In this document: piece after piece, positions 20,399 through 30,296 of the stretch | How the letters are laid out: every line of letters begins with the position of its first letter | How positions within the stretch are numbered: the stretch's first letter is position 1 | NCBI GenBank assembly: GCA_963736875.1 | Contig: CAVTQH010000003.1 | Span: 1,756-65,755, forward strand | From: Candidatus Amesbacteria bacterium | GTDB lineage: Bacteria > Patescibacteriota > Microgenomatia > CAZETR01 > Amesbacteraceae | Direction: 5' to 3' | Length of the DNA: 64,000 nucleotides | The notes under the pieces: generated by a model | What the model was told of the DNA's origin: nothing | Database searches by the model: none | What the model saw: only the letters and a program-made list of their open reading frames with translations | Made by a program: the position numbers and the translations under genes

Positions 20399-21957
20399 TG
20401 TTTGCAGGGTGAATTAAATTAAGAGTAGAAAGGATAGATTTGGCTATTATGGCTGTTTGGCCTGCAGTGCCACCTTCGGAAACAGGCATTTCATCTACCC
20501 GGTGAATTCGGGTAGTGGAAAGTATACTTTTACTTGAAGGCTGCTGGCGGTAAAAAATGATTTTGTAATAACCCCAGGGGGGATCTCCAATAAAATTTCC
20601 TCCGATTTCATATTCATGCTTAACAAGCAGATCCTGGTAACCAACTTCATTCAGGATATCAATTATTCTTTGGTATTTAGTATTAATAAATTCATTTTCG
20701 GAAGTATTTTTAAAATTTATAACCAAAGCAAATTCGTCTTTTTCAAAATCCGGGTCGATTACTAATTTTGACTTCGTCAGTATTATCAGAGATATAGAAG
20801 TTTGGAGGATATCGGATTTCAAATCCAATATCGGAACTTTTATAAGTTTTCCATTTTGTGGTATCGGGTAAATAAGTTGAGAAGGGAGTAGGTGAAAGAG
20901 CGGGAAGAAATTTGAAGGTGGAGAGGATTTGATTGTAATTTTGATAAACTTCTGAATCCAAATACGGTATGTCGCTGGGCTGGACGGAAAAATCAAAGAT
21001 AAAGTTATCGGCTTTCAGATATGTTGCGACAGTAGTGTAATCGGCTGCCAACCACTGTTCTTGTCTTTCGACCCCAGGTATCGAACCGACAGTAACATTT
21101 TTTGAAGAAAGGATTTTTTTACTGGACTGGCCTTCCCAACCAGTTGTGTTTTTCTGATCCATATCTTTTAAATAGGAAGTGAGGGTTTGATTTTGGGCTT
21201 CGGTAGCGGCGCCCTGAAAAATACTGCCGTCGGGAGCTTTCAGAGTGATGAAATGCATGTCCTGAAAGTTGGAGGAGTGGGTAATCCATTCCCAATCAGC
21301 AGGGGCTTGGAGTTGGTATGTTTGAAGTTCGTCAGAGTAGGTTTTCCAGGAAGAAATTTCAGGGAGAAATTTGAAGGTGGAGAGGATTCGATAAAATTGT
21401 GCAGTTTCTTGAGAATTGAAATCCACCTCCGGATTGTCAAGAGTGATGCGGTAAAGAGAGGAATTAAGAAAAGTAAAAGCATGAATACCAACGTCCCTGC
21501 AGCAACCTCCGGTAACGAGGAGAAACTCCTGATTACCAATTTTTTTAAATTCTTGGCTATTATATTTCAGAACTTCCGGGTTGGCTCTGATTACCTTGTC
21601 GAGTTCTTCGAGGTTTTGCGGGCTTCCTATACTGTCGTAATCAGGCAGGATGCTTATTGTTCCTCTGTACATATTGTCACTGTTTGCTTCAGGCGGAGAA
21701 AAGGAAATAACCTTGGGATAGAATTTTTTGTCAACAGACCATCCGGAAGGATATGAGATTTGAAAGTTATTTTGGCTATCAGAGTAAGTGATCCAAGATA
21801 CAATAGCGGGTGCTTGAGGAGGAGGAGGGGTAACAGACGAGGGGGATGGACGTACAGGAATGAACAGAACAAAAATGGCGCTGGAAAGAAAAATGGTAAA
21901 AGATAGTAGAAGGATGAAGAATCCGGAGAGGCGGGGAGGATAGTATGATTCGTTCAT
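20382..21957 (-). CDS. Secreted/membrane-anchored hypothetical protein with three internal PsbP-like repeats (..YxxILSTFKFLPxxS..WKTYxxxxxgFEIRYP..). One apparent frameshift near 20760-20780.
   Basis: ORF 20743..21957 has an N-terminal hydrophobic anchor and repeated segments (FYRILSTFKFLPEISSWKTYSDE / YNQILSTFKFLPALSPTPFSTYLPDTTKWKTYKSSDIGFEIRYP). ORF 20382..20996 continues in another frame; the DEVKISNRP/DFEKDEF junction was verified. Confidence 0.55.
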
Positions 21958-21995
21958 ACCTTGAATTTATTGTACTACAGTGTAAGAATAGGGGG

Positions 21996-22253
21996 ATGGC
22001 AGTAAGAAAAGCAAAAGTGAAACCGGCAGCACCGGAGAAAATTGAAGAAAAGAAAGAAGAAAGCAAGAATTGCTGCTATGGGGGCAGGTGGGTGACTTTC
22101 GGATGGGTGCTGCTTTTACTCGGAGGACTTTCACATATGCTGCCGGAGCAGATGGCACCGATTATGAAGTGGTCTTTGTGGGGAATATCACTGCAGTTGG
22201 CAATAGGGGTGGTATCGGTGGTTTTGGCACTGAACTTTTTGCTGGAAGAATAG
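21996..22253 (+). CDS. Small Lys/Glu-rich membrane protein, a paralog of 43728..43979.
   Basis: MAVRKAKVKPAAPEKIEEKKEE.. then the TM segment WVTFGWVLLLLGGL. Its N-terminus is nearly identical in pattern to MAVKKSKTKPKTEKIEEK at 43728. Confidence 0.45.
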   Translation: MAVRKAKVKPAAPEKIEEKKEESKNCCYGGRWVTFGWVLLLLGGLSHMLPEQMAPIMKWSLWGISLQLAIGVVSVVLALNFLLEE

Positions 22254-22345
22254 AAATAGGCACCAGGGACTAGGCAATAGGCAATAGGGCTTTATAATAC
22301 TATTCTATGAATCAGGCGGAGGAATTTAGAAAGATTAGGGAGAAA

Positions 22346-23067
22346 ATGGGGTGGAAAGCGTTATTGAAGGATGTGGATGACACGAGTTATTGACTCCTCG
22401 GCGGACTTTGTGGGATCCGGCATTTATGTTTGTTGCCGAAAAATTATGCCCAGCGGGCAGGTGTAGAGCGAAACGGAAATATTTGAGAGCACTTTTGGAG
22501 GCAAATGATAGGATTTACCGGAATACCAGAAGCCGGGGTACATCCCAGCAAATATGCCAGAATGGCAAGAAGATCTAGCGGGACAAATATAAAATTGATG
22601 AGGATTGGTCAAAAGGAGTGATGAAAGAAGCGGTAGCAATGATTTATCTGGGGATACCACCGCTGATTCCGGAAGCCGTGGAGACAATGGGAATATGTGA
22701 ACAAGCGGGAATGAAAATCGGGCTGGTGACGCACTCGCCCAGAGGAAGAATCGACAGGATGGTAAAAGGGTGGGGACTCGATGGTAAAGTACCGGCATTT
22801 ACAGAGTCGACTTTGAAACGGAAAGGACCGGAAGTGTGGCTGCGGGCAGTAGCGGGGTTGGGAATTGTCAGAAGTGAGGCAGTAGCGGTGGATGATAATC
22901 TGGGAAGTATCAGAGCTGCGAGAGAAGCAGGGATAGAAACTCTGGTGTGGGTGAAACCGAAATGGGATGAATATGCGAAGGGTAATGTGCCGGAAGGAAT
23001 ACTAAAAATTGAGCATATCGGGCAGTTGGTTCGGAGCTTTGATTGCCAATTTCGGATGATATACTAG
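22346..23067 (+). pseudogene. HAD-superfamily hydrolase, fragmented by at least 2 frameshifts.
   Basis: Motif I ALLKDVDDT at 22346-22390 is followed by a stop. C-terminal half is in ORF 22618..23067 (..AVAVDDNLGSIRAAREAGIETLVWV, HAD motifs III/IV). Confidence 0.5.
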
Positions 23068-23071
23068 AATT

Positions 23072-23827
23072 ATGTTCGGAGTGGAAAAACTGATGCGGGG
23101 AGAGAGAGCGTTTTTACTGGCTTATGACCAGGGATTGGAACACGGGCCGACGGATTTTAATGATGAAAATGTGGATCCGCAATATATTTTTGACATTGCC
23201 GAGCAGTCGGGGGTATTTACCTGTATTGCGGTACAAAAAGGGATTGCGGAGAAATATTATCAGAAGGGGGTATATAAAACCCCGCTGGTGGTGAAACTTA
23301 ACGGGAAAACGGCTTATCACAAGGGAGAAGAGTTGTTTTCCCCCCAGAATTGCAGTGTGGAGGAAGCCATAAATCTGGGAGCTTCCGGGGTAGGGTACAC
23401 GATTTATGTCGGCAGTGAAAGGGAAAATGAAAGTGTAGCGGAGTTTTCCGGGATTCAGGAGGAAGCACACGCGAAAGGTCTGCCGTTAATACTGTGGGCA
23501 TATCCCCGGGGAAAACATATAGGGGAAGCGGAGCACAGCAAGGAAAATATTGCTTATGCGGCCAGGATAGCTCTGGAATTGGGAGCGGATATGGTAAAGC
23601 TGACCTATACCGGGGATACGGAATCGATGAGGTGGGTGGTGAAGTCGGCCGGAAAAGTGAAAGTGCTGGTGGTGGGGGGATCAAAAGCTGACGAGCAGAC
23701 AGTTCTTGATAAAACCCGGGAAATACTGGAGGCGGGAGCAGTGGGGTGGGCGATGGGAAGGAATATCTGGCAGTCTGATAAACCAAATGAAACCGCACAG
23801 AAGATTGCCGGAATTCTATATCAATAA
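23072..23827 (+). CDS. fbaB: Class I fructose-bisphosphate aldolase, archaeal/DhnA type.
   Basis: 251-aa TIM-barrel protein with LVVKLNGKTAY, GADMVKLTYTG (Schiff-base Lys region), VLVVGGSK. DhnA-family pattern. Confidence 0.7.
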   Translation: MFGVEKLMRGERAFLLAYDQGLEHGPTDFNDENVDPQYIFDIAEQSGVFTCIAVQKGIAEKYYQKGVYKTPLVVKLNGKTAYHKGEELFSPQNCSVEEAINLGASGVGYTIYVGSERENESVAEFSGIQEEAHAKGLPLILWAYPRGKHIGEAEHSKENIAYAARIALELGADMVKLTYTGDTESMRWVVKSAGKVKVLVVGGSKADEQTVLDKTREILEAGAVGWAMGRNIWQSDKPNETAQKIAGILYQ

Positions 23828-23839
23828 GGGAGAGAAATT

Positions 23840-24826
23840 ATGAAATATGATGTATTGAGTCTGGGGCCATTTCGGATGGACGCTTTTGTGGGTCTGGGAG
23901 AGGAAGATGTGGTGGAGGTGTGCTCCGTGGATAGGAAAAGATGCATGATTGAGCTCGGGTTTGGTGAAAAAATTGCTGTTAATTCCATGCATTTTGCCAT
24001 CGGAGGGAATGCCGGAAATAATGCGGTGGGACTTTCCCGCATGGGCCGGAAAACCGCCCTGATCGGATCAGTCGGAGACGGCTGGACGGACAAACAGGCA
24101 ATGGAGGAACTTAAACAGGAGGGAGTGGAAACAAAATATGTCGAAGTAAAAGCCGGGCAGCAGGGATTCGGGGTGGTAATCAATTACCAGGGAGAGAGGA
24201 CGATTTTGTCGTATTATTCACACAGCCTGTGCTGCTGGCCGGCAGACCCTGATTTACAGGCGGACTGGATATATCTGACTTCGATGGGTGAAGGATATGA
24301 GGAGTTTTATAAACAGGCCGTAGAATGGGCAAAATCACATGGTGCCCGAATTGCTTTTAATCCGGGAACCAGACAGCTTAAAGCCGGACTGGAACCTTTA
24401 AGGTATGCTTATGAAGCCTGCGAGGTTCTTTTTGTAAACAAGGAAGAAGCGGAAGAGTTGCTGGGGAAAGAGGCAGATACCGATGTAAAGGAACTTCTGG
24501 AAGGACTACGGGCTGTCGGTGCCAGGGTGGTGATAGTAACAGACGGACCGGAAGGGACTTATTCATATGACGGACAGAAGTACCTGCATATGCCGATTGT
24601 GCCGGCTACGGTGGTGGAAAGGACGGGGGCGGGGGATGCATTCGGATCCGGATTTCTGGCAGGATTTATTGCCGGCATGCCGGTGGAGGAGTGTCTGCGG
24701 CGGGGAACGGTAAACAGCGCCTCGGTACTGGAGTTTGTGGGTCCGCAGGCCGGCCTTCTGACCCCGGATAAAATGGATCAGTGGCTTTCAAAGACTAAAG
24801 AGGTGAAGCTGGTAGAATTGGAATAG
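23840..24826 (+). CDS. PfkB-family carbohydrate kinase (ribokinase/phosphofructokinase-B-like). May be the phosphofructokinase, given the adjacent aldolase.
   Basis: GGNAGNNAVGLSRMG (N-terminal GG motif) and TGAGDAFGSGFLAGF (PfkB signature 2). Confidence 0.75.
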   Translation: MKYDVLSLGPFRMDAFVGLGEEDVVEVCSVDRKRCMIELGFGEKIAVNSMHFAIGGNAGNNAVGLSRMGRKTALIGSVGDGWTDKQAMEELKQEGVETKYVEVKAGQQGFGVVINYQGERTILSYYSHSLCCWPADPDLQADWIYLTSMGEGYEEFYKQAVEWAKSHGARIAFNPGTRQLKAGLEPLRYAYEACEVLFVNKEEAEELLGKEADTDVKELLEGLRAVGARVVIVTDGPEGTYSYDGQKYLHMPIVPATVVERTGAGDAFGSGFLAGFIAGMPVEECLRRGTVNSASVLEFVGPQAGLLTPDKMDQWLSKTKEVKLVELE

Positions 24827-24857
24827 GTTTGGTAGACTGATGTTGAAATAAAAATCT

Positions 24858-27713
24858 ATGCTGCCCAAAGATTTAAATACTTTTCTGTCTCCCAAGTCCG
24901 TGGCCGTGGTCGGGGCTTCGAGATCTCCGGAAAAAGTCGGGGCGATAGTTTTGAAAAACATTATCGAGTCAAAATTTACCGGCAAGATTTATCCGATAAA
25001 TCCCGGTGCCCAGACTCTCTCTGACCTGCCCTGTTTTCCCGATGTAAAAAGTCTACCCGAAGCGGCGGATTTGGCGATTGTGGTTTTACCCGCACCTGCA
25101 GTTTCGGAAACTCTTTCGCAAATCGGAGAAAAAGGAATTAAAAACGTGGTGGTAATTTCGGCGGGGTTTAAGGAAATCGGAGCTGAGGGAGAAAAGCTGG
25201 AGAAAGAAATGGTGGCAACGGCGGGAAAATACGGACTGAATCTGTTAGGCCCCAACTGTCTGGGATTTGTAAATAACCTGGCACCTTTAAACGCTACTTT
25301 CGGGGAAGTCGTTAATCTGCCCGGGAATCTGCGGTTTATTTCCCAATCGGGAGCGATTGCCGCATCTTTGATGGATTGGTGCAAATCGACAGGTTTGGGA
25401 TTTGCCCAGTTTGTAACTTTGGGAAATAAAGCGGTATTAAACGAAAATGATTTTCTGGCAAATTTTCAGGTCAGCGGCCAGAATATGCCGATTGACCGGG
25501 CAGGTTTGTCCGGCTGTAATCCGATCGGTCTGTATCTGGAGTCGATTTCAAACGGACCGGAATTTTTGCGGATCACTTCCGAAATCGGCCGGACGGATCC
25601 GGTGTTTATTATCAAGCCGGGTAAAACGGCAGCGGCAGCCAAAGCAATGCAATCGCACACCGGGGCAATTGCCGGTGAGGATGATATTTTGGACGGGGCA
25701 CTGAAGGAAGCGGGAGTATTCCGCTGCCAGACGCTCGAAGATTTTTTTGATATGTCACGGGCTTTTGCCTGGGAGAATACCCCGGCAGGTCCGAAAATTG
25801 CGATAATTTCCAACGCCGGAGGACCGGCGGTAATCAGTGCTGATGCTGTCGGGGAAGCGGGTTTACAATTGTCGCAGTTTGATGACGGGATTAAAAATAA
25901 ATTGCTGCAGGTATTACCCCGGTCGGCCAGTATCCTGAATCCGGTGGATGTGCTGGGGGATGCGCTGGCTGACAGATATGTCCAGGCCGCGGAAATAATT
26001 TTGGAAACTAACCAGGCAGACAGTCTGCTGATAATTCTGACTCCCCAGGTAATGACGCAAGTCGAAAAAACCGCCCAGTTGATGGGCGATTTATCGCGTA
26101 AATATCAAAAACCGATTTTCTGCTCTTTTATCGGCGGACGGCTGGTATATGAGGGGGAACAGATATTAAACCAGAATAAAATTCCCTCATTTCGGTTTCC
26201 GGAGAGAGCGATTGCGGCAATCGGCGGAATGTGGCAGTGGCGGCAGAGGCAAACAAATCCTCCGGCTAAGTTCGAAGATAAGAGCAGTATAAGTCCAGAA
26301 AGTATTGAACAAATAAAGAGTGTGGTTAAGGCGGCGGTATCAAAAAGTCATTTCAGTCTGGATAACCTGGAAGCGGACCGGGTGGTTTCGGCACTGGGCC
26401 TTCCGACTCCGCCGACAAAAACAGCGACGACTTTGGAGGAAGCCAGAGAGTTTGCCTCACAGAGTGGTTGGCCGGTGGTACTGAAACTTTCCGCTCCGGG
26501 GCTTTTACATAAAGCCACAGTAGGCGGGGTGGTGACAAATATCTGGAATGAAGCTCAGCTGGAACTGGCCTGGGACCGGCTGGATCATATTGTACCCGGT
26601 TTGCCGCAGGATATCCGTAACGGAGTCGGATACCAGATTCAGAAAGATGTGCCGCGGGGAGTGGAAGTAATTGTGGGTTTAAAACACGATCCGACTTTCG
26701 GTCCGGTACTTTTATTCGGAGCCGGGGGGCAACTGGCTGAACTGGTAGCGGATAAAAATCTGAAGATATTACCCATTAATACTGATCAGGCAAAAGAGCT
26801 GGTGGCCAAATCAAAAGTCTTTAAGCTTTTACAAAGTAATCCCGGAGAGCCGGGGTATGCCATGACCCAACTGTATGAATTGATTGTCAAAATGACCCAC
26901 TTGGTAGCCTTAATTCCGGAGGCAACGGAAATTGAAATCAACCCGGTGATAGTAACCCACAACGATGTATGGGCGGTCGACACCAAAATACTTCTGGCCG
27001 GAGGGAAAGCACAACCGGCTGCTACGCATAAATTCCATACCGCCACACTGATTTCCAACACGGTTTTGGCTGCCAAGTTCCATTATCTGGAATTTGAATC
27101 GGAAGAACCGCTCAAATATCTGCCGGGACAATACATCAGCATCAAAGTGGCTCCGGACCGGATTAACAGCTATTCCATTGCCGGCAATGACGGGGAGAAC
27201 AAATTCCATTTACTGGTAGACAGCAGTCCCGGAGGACCGGGATCCAAGTTTTTTGAAAACCTTAAGTCAGGAGATAAAGTGGCATATCTCGGACCTTTCG
27301 GAATATTTACTTTGAAGCCCGATGACGGAGCCAAACGTCTGCTGTTTTTGGGGACCGGGACCGGATGCAGCCCTCTGCGGTCGATGCTGGAAGCGGCTTT
27401 GAAAAATCCCGATGTTAAAGTGCCGGTGGATTTTTATTTCGGTCTGAGAAATTCAAGTGACGTTTTTTGGCAGGATTATTTCAAGAAACTGACAGAGCAG
27501 CACCCGAATTTCCGGTTTGTGCTGTCGCTGTCCCGGCCTGATGAATCGTGGCACGGGCAGGTCGGGCACATTACCGAACTGGTGAAACAAATGCCTGATG
27601 CTTCCGATTACAGCGCTTACCTTTGCGGCAACCAGGCGATGATTGATGAGGCGACAAAAATCCTTCTGGAGCGAAATTGTCCCAAGACAAGGATTTATTC
27701 GGAGAAGTTTTAG
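24858..27713 (+). CDS. Acetyl-CoA synthetase (ADP-forming; fused alpha/beta, NDP-forming acyl-CoA synthetase) with a C-terminal ferredoxin-NADP reductase-like FAD/NAD(P)-binding domain (aa ~715-951).
   Basis: N-term SPKSVAVVGASRSPEKVGAIV..PINPG (CoA-binding). Middle ATP-grasp domain. C-terminal RINSYSIAG (RxYS), YLGPFG, LLFLGTGTGCSPLRSM (GTGxxP), YLCGNQAM. Single uninterrupted 951-aa ORF. Confidence 0.75.
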   Translation: MLPKDLNTFLSPKSVAVVGASRSPEKVGAIVLKNIIESKFTGKIYPINPGAQTLSDLPCFPDVKSLPEAADLAIVVLPAPAVSETLSQIGEKGIKNVVVISAGFKEIGAEGEKLEKEMVATAGKYGLNLLGPNCLGFVNNLAPLNATFGEVVNLPGNLRFISQSGAIAASLMDWCKSTGLGFAQFVTLGNKAVLNENDFLANFQVSGQNMPIDRAGLSGCNPIGLYLESISNGPEFLRITSEIGRTDPVFIIKPGKTAAAAKAMQSHTGAIAGEDDILDGALKEAGVFRCQTLEDFFDMSRAFAWENTPAGPKIAIISNAGGPAVISADAVGEAGLQLSQFDDGIKNKLLQVLPRSASILNPVDVLGDALADRYVQAAEIILETNQADSLLIILTPQVMTQVEKTAQLMGDLSRKYQKPIFCSFIGGRLVYEGEQILNQNKIPSFRFPERAIAAIGGMWQWRQRQTNPPAKFEDKSSISPESIEQIKSVVKAAVSKSHFSLDNLEADRVVSALGLPTPPTKTATTLEEAREFASQSGWPVVLKLSAPGLLHKATVGGVVTNIWNEAQLELAWDRLDHIVPGLPQDIRNGVGYQIQKDVPRGVEVIVGLKHDPTFGPVLLFGAGGQLAELVADKNLKILPINTDQAKELVAKSKVFKLLQSNPGEPGYAMTQLYELIVKMTHLVALIPEATEIEINPVIVTHNDVWAVDTKILLAGGKAQPAATHKFHTATLISNTVLAAKFHYLEFESEEPLKYLPGQYISIKVAPDRINSYSIAGNDGENKFHLLVDSSPGGPGSKFFENLKSGDKVAYLGPFGIFTLKPDDGAKRLLFLGTGTGCSPLRSMLEAALKNPDVKVPVDFYFGLRNSSDVFWQDYFKKLTEQHPNFRFVLSLSRPDESWHGQVGHITELVKQMPDASDYSAYLCGNQAMIDEATKILLERNCPKTRIYSEKF

Positions 27714-27720
27714 GGAGTGT

Positions 27721-29442
27721 ATGAATAATCTGCCATTAACAGTCAAAATCGGCGGACTGGCCGGGCAGGGGATCAAAGCCGCCGGATTAATGCTTTCCAA
27801 AATTGCCACCCGGTCCGGATATTTTATTCACACCTATACGGAGTTTCCGTCGGTAATCCGCGGCGGACATAATGTAATCCAGATCCGTATTGATAAAAGC
27901 GAAGTTTTGACCCCATCCAAAACCACAAACTTATTAATTGCTCTTAATCAGGAAACGGTTGACAGACATGCCGGCGGGCTGACTTCCGGCGGGGGAGTGA
28001 TTTTTGACGGGGATAAAAATATTAATACGGGAAAAGTTGCCGCCGGGGTGAATTTATTTGCCGTATCTCTTTCCCGACTGGCAGTTGAAGCCGGGGATCA
28101 GGAGCTTCTGGTGAACACGGTGGCAGTGGGAGCAGCAACAGCAATTTTGGGCGGTGATAAGGCAATATTGAAGGATCTGGTAACCCGGGAATTTGCTGAT
28201 AAAGGGGATGAAGTTATCCGGGCTAATCTGAAAGCGGCGGAGTCGGGATTTGATTTTGCCCGGGAAAAATTCGCGGATTTGGTAATGAAAATTTTGGAGC
28301 CGGTAAAAAAGGCAGAACCGAAAATGGTGGTAAACGGAACGGAAGCGGTAGGTCTCGGGGCAATTGCCGGGGGAATGCAGTTTGCCGCGATATATCCGAT
28401 GTCTCCGATATCAAATATTTTACAGGTACTGGCCCTTTATCAGGAGAAATACGGGTATATTTACAAGCAGCCTGAGGATGAGATTTCGGCGGTGAATATG
28501 GCAATCGGTGCTGCTTTTGCCGGAGCCAGATCGATGACGGCTACTTCCGGGGGAGGATTTTGTCTGATGACCGAAGGATTGGGGCTGGCGGCAATGACGG
28601 AGACCCCCCTGGTAATCGTGGAAGGAATGCGGCCGGGACCGGCAACGGGACTACCTACATGGACAGCCCAGGGGGATCTGCAGTTTGTGCTGCGGGCCCA
28701 TCAGGGGGATTTCCCGAGAATTGTGCTGGCGGCGGGAGATATAAAAGAAGCATTTTTACTGACAATGAAGGCTTTTAACCTGGCTGATAAATACCAGACC
28801 CCGGTAATAGTTCTCATTGATAAGAATATCTGCGATGACGACCAGAGCTATCCGGTTTTTGATATTTCGGATTACCGGTTGAACCGGGGGAAACTGACTT
28901 TGGATTTTAATCCCGGTTATGTCCGGTACGCGCCGGAAGCTGACGGAGTATCCTTCCGGACAACTCCGGGAACCGGGAATTTCTTTATTGCCAATTCGGA
29001 CGAGCATACCGACGAGGGATTTTCCACGGATGAAGAAATAAATGTGTCCCGGCAGCAGACAAAGCGAATGACCAAACTGGCAACCTGTGAAAGGGAGGAC
29101 ATGCCAAAACCTGACCTGTTTGGTCCACCGGAAGCAGACATAACAGTAGTTTCCTGGGGCAGCAATAAAGGCAGTATCCTGACGGCTTTAAAAGAATTTC
29201 CCGGGGTAAACTTTTTACATCTGACCTGGATGAGTCCGTTTCCCGCGGCAGCGGTAAAAGAAATTTTGGGTAAAGCCAAACATGTGATAGATGTGGAATG
29301 CAACCAGACGGGGCAGCTGGCCGGACTGATAACCGAAAAAACGGGATTGGAAATTTCCGACAGGTTTCTGAAAAGCAACGGAAGGCCGATATTTCCTGAA
29401 GAAATTGCCGAAAAACTTAAGGAGGTATTAAAAACATTATGA
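27721..29442 (+). CDS. 2-oxoacid:ferredoxin oxidoreductase, fused gamma-alpha subunit (KorA/PorGA-like).
   Basis: N-term gamma-like GGLAGQGIKAAG..IRGGHNV.., then alpha GTEAVGLGAIAGGMQFAAIYPMSPIS... ATG at 27721, after the stop of the upstream gene. Confidence 0.8.
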   Translation: MNNLPLTVKIGGLAGQGIKAAGLMLSKIATRSGYFIHTYTEFPSVIRGGHNVIQIRIDKSEVLTPSKTTNLLIALNQETVDRHAGGLTSGGGVIFDGDKNINTGKVAAGVNLFAVSLSRLAVEAGDQELLVNTVAVGAATAILGGDKAILKDLVTREFADKGDEVIRANLKAAESGFDFAREKFADLVMKILEPVKKAEPKMVVNGTEAVGLGAIAGGMQFAAIYPMSPISNILQVLALYQEKYGYIYKQPEDEISAVNMAIGAAFAGARSMTATSGGGFCLMTEGLGLAAMTETPLVIVEGMRPGPATGLPTWTAQGDLQFVLRAHQGDFPRIVLAAGDIKEAFLLTMKAFNLADKYQTPVIVLIDKNICDDDQSYPVFDISDYRLNRGKLTLDFNPGYVRYAPEADGVSFRTTPGTGNFFIANSDEHTDEGFSTDEEINVSRQQTKRMTKLATCEREDMPKPDLFGPPEADITVVSWGSNKGSILTALKEFPGVNFLHLTWMSPFPAAAVKEILGKAKHVIDVECNQTGQLAGLITEKTGLEISDRFLKSNGRPIFPEEIAEKLKEVLKTL

Positions 29443-30296
29443 CCAAACTAAATGATTTGACCACTCCCTGCTCTCCCAACTGGTGTCCGGGATGCGGCAA
29501 TCTGGCAATCTGGGGAGCGTTTAAAAACGCGGCTGTTAAGCAAGGCTGGGACAATTCCAACACCGCATTGGTTGCCGGCATCGGCTGCCACGGACATATT
29601 ATTAATTTTATCCGGCTGACTTCATTTGAAGGACTGCACGGCCGGGCGATACCCGTTGCCTCCGGAATCAAACTGGCTAATCACAAACTTAACGTGTTTG
29701 TTTTTACCGGCGACGGGGACTGTCTGGCTGAAGGCGGAAACCATTTCGTGCATGCCTGCCGGAGGAATATTAATCTGACGGTGTTTCTGCATGACAATGC
29801 AATTTATGGCCTGACAACGGGACAAACTTCGCCCACTTCCCCCCACGGGTATAAATCAAAATCGACTCCCGAGGGAAATATTGATTATCCGATAAATCCT
29901 TTGACTCTGGCAATTTCAGCCGGGGTAACATTCGTAGCCCGAGGGTATGCCGGGGATATTCCGGCGCTGACAGATTTAATGATAAAAGCTAATCAACATC
30001 AGGGATTTGCCGTTCTGGATATTCTTCAGCCGTGTGTGACTTTCAACAAGCAATATTCACATACTTTTTACCGCGATAATGTTTATCAATTGGATGCCGG
30101 CCACGACGTAAAAAATAAAGAAGCGGCTTTTGCTAAAGCTCTGGAGTGGGGAGAAAAGAAAATTCCCCTGGGGATTTTTTACCAGGTTGAACAGCCGACT
30201 TATGAATCACAGATCCTGCAGATTAAAGAGAAACCTTTGGTGGCAATTTCTCCTGAGCGAAAAGATCTGAAGGATCTGTTTGAGAAGTTTGTCTAG
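29439..30296 (+). CDS. 2-oxoacid:ferredoxin oxidoreductase, beta subunit (TPP-binding).
   Basis: WCPGCGNLAI.., GIGCHG.., GDGDCLAEGGNHF are TPP/Fe-S beta-subunit motifs. Start overlaps the alpha stop (ATGA). Confidence 0.8.
   Translation: MTKLNDLTTPCSPNWCPGCGNLAIWGAFKNAAVKQGWDNSNTALVAGIGCHGHIINFIRLTSFEGLHGRAIPVASGIKLANHKLNVFVFTGDGDCLAEGGNHFVHACRRNINLTVFLHDNAIYGLTTGQTSPTSPHGYKSKSTPEGNIDYPINPLTLAISAGVTFVARGYAGDIPALTDLMIKANQHQGFAVLDILQPCVTFNKQYSHTFYRDNVYQLDAGHDVKNKEAAFAKALEWGEKKIPLGIFYQVEQPTYESQILQIKEKPLVAISPERKDLKDLFEKFV

Noticed and set aside
18110-23798. Further listed ORFs such as 18110-18550(-), 18793-19107(+), 21187-21756(+), 21240-21539(-), 23114-23470(-), 23298-23798(-) and 16470-16844(-).
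   Set aside because: Each lies inside and out of frame with, or antisense to, a confidently assigned gene (GT39, the secreted repeat protein, the aldolase, LOG) and has biased composition. They are treated as non-coding shadows.
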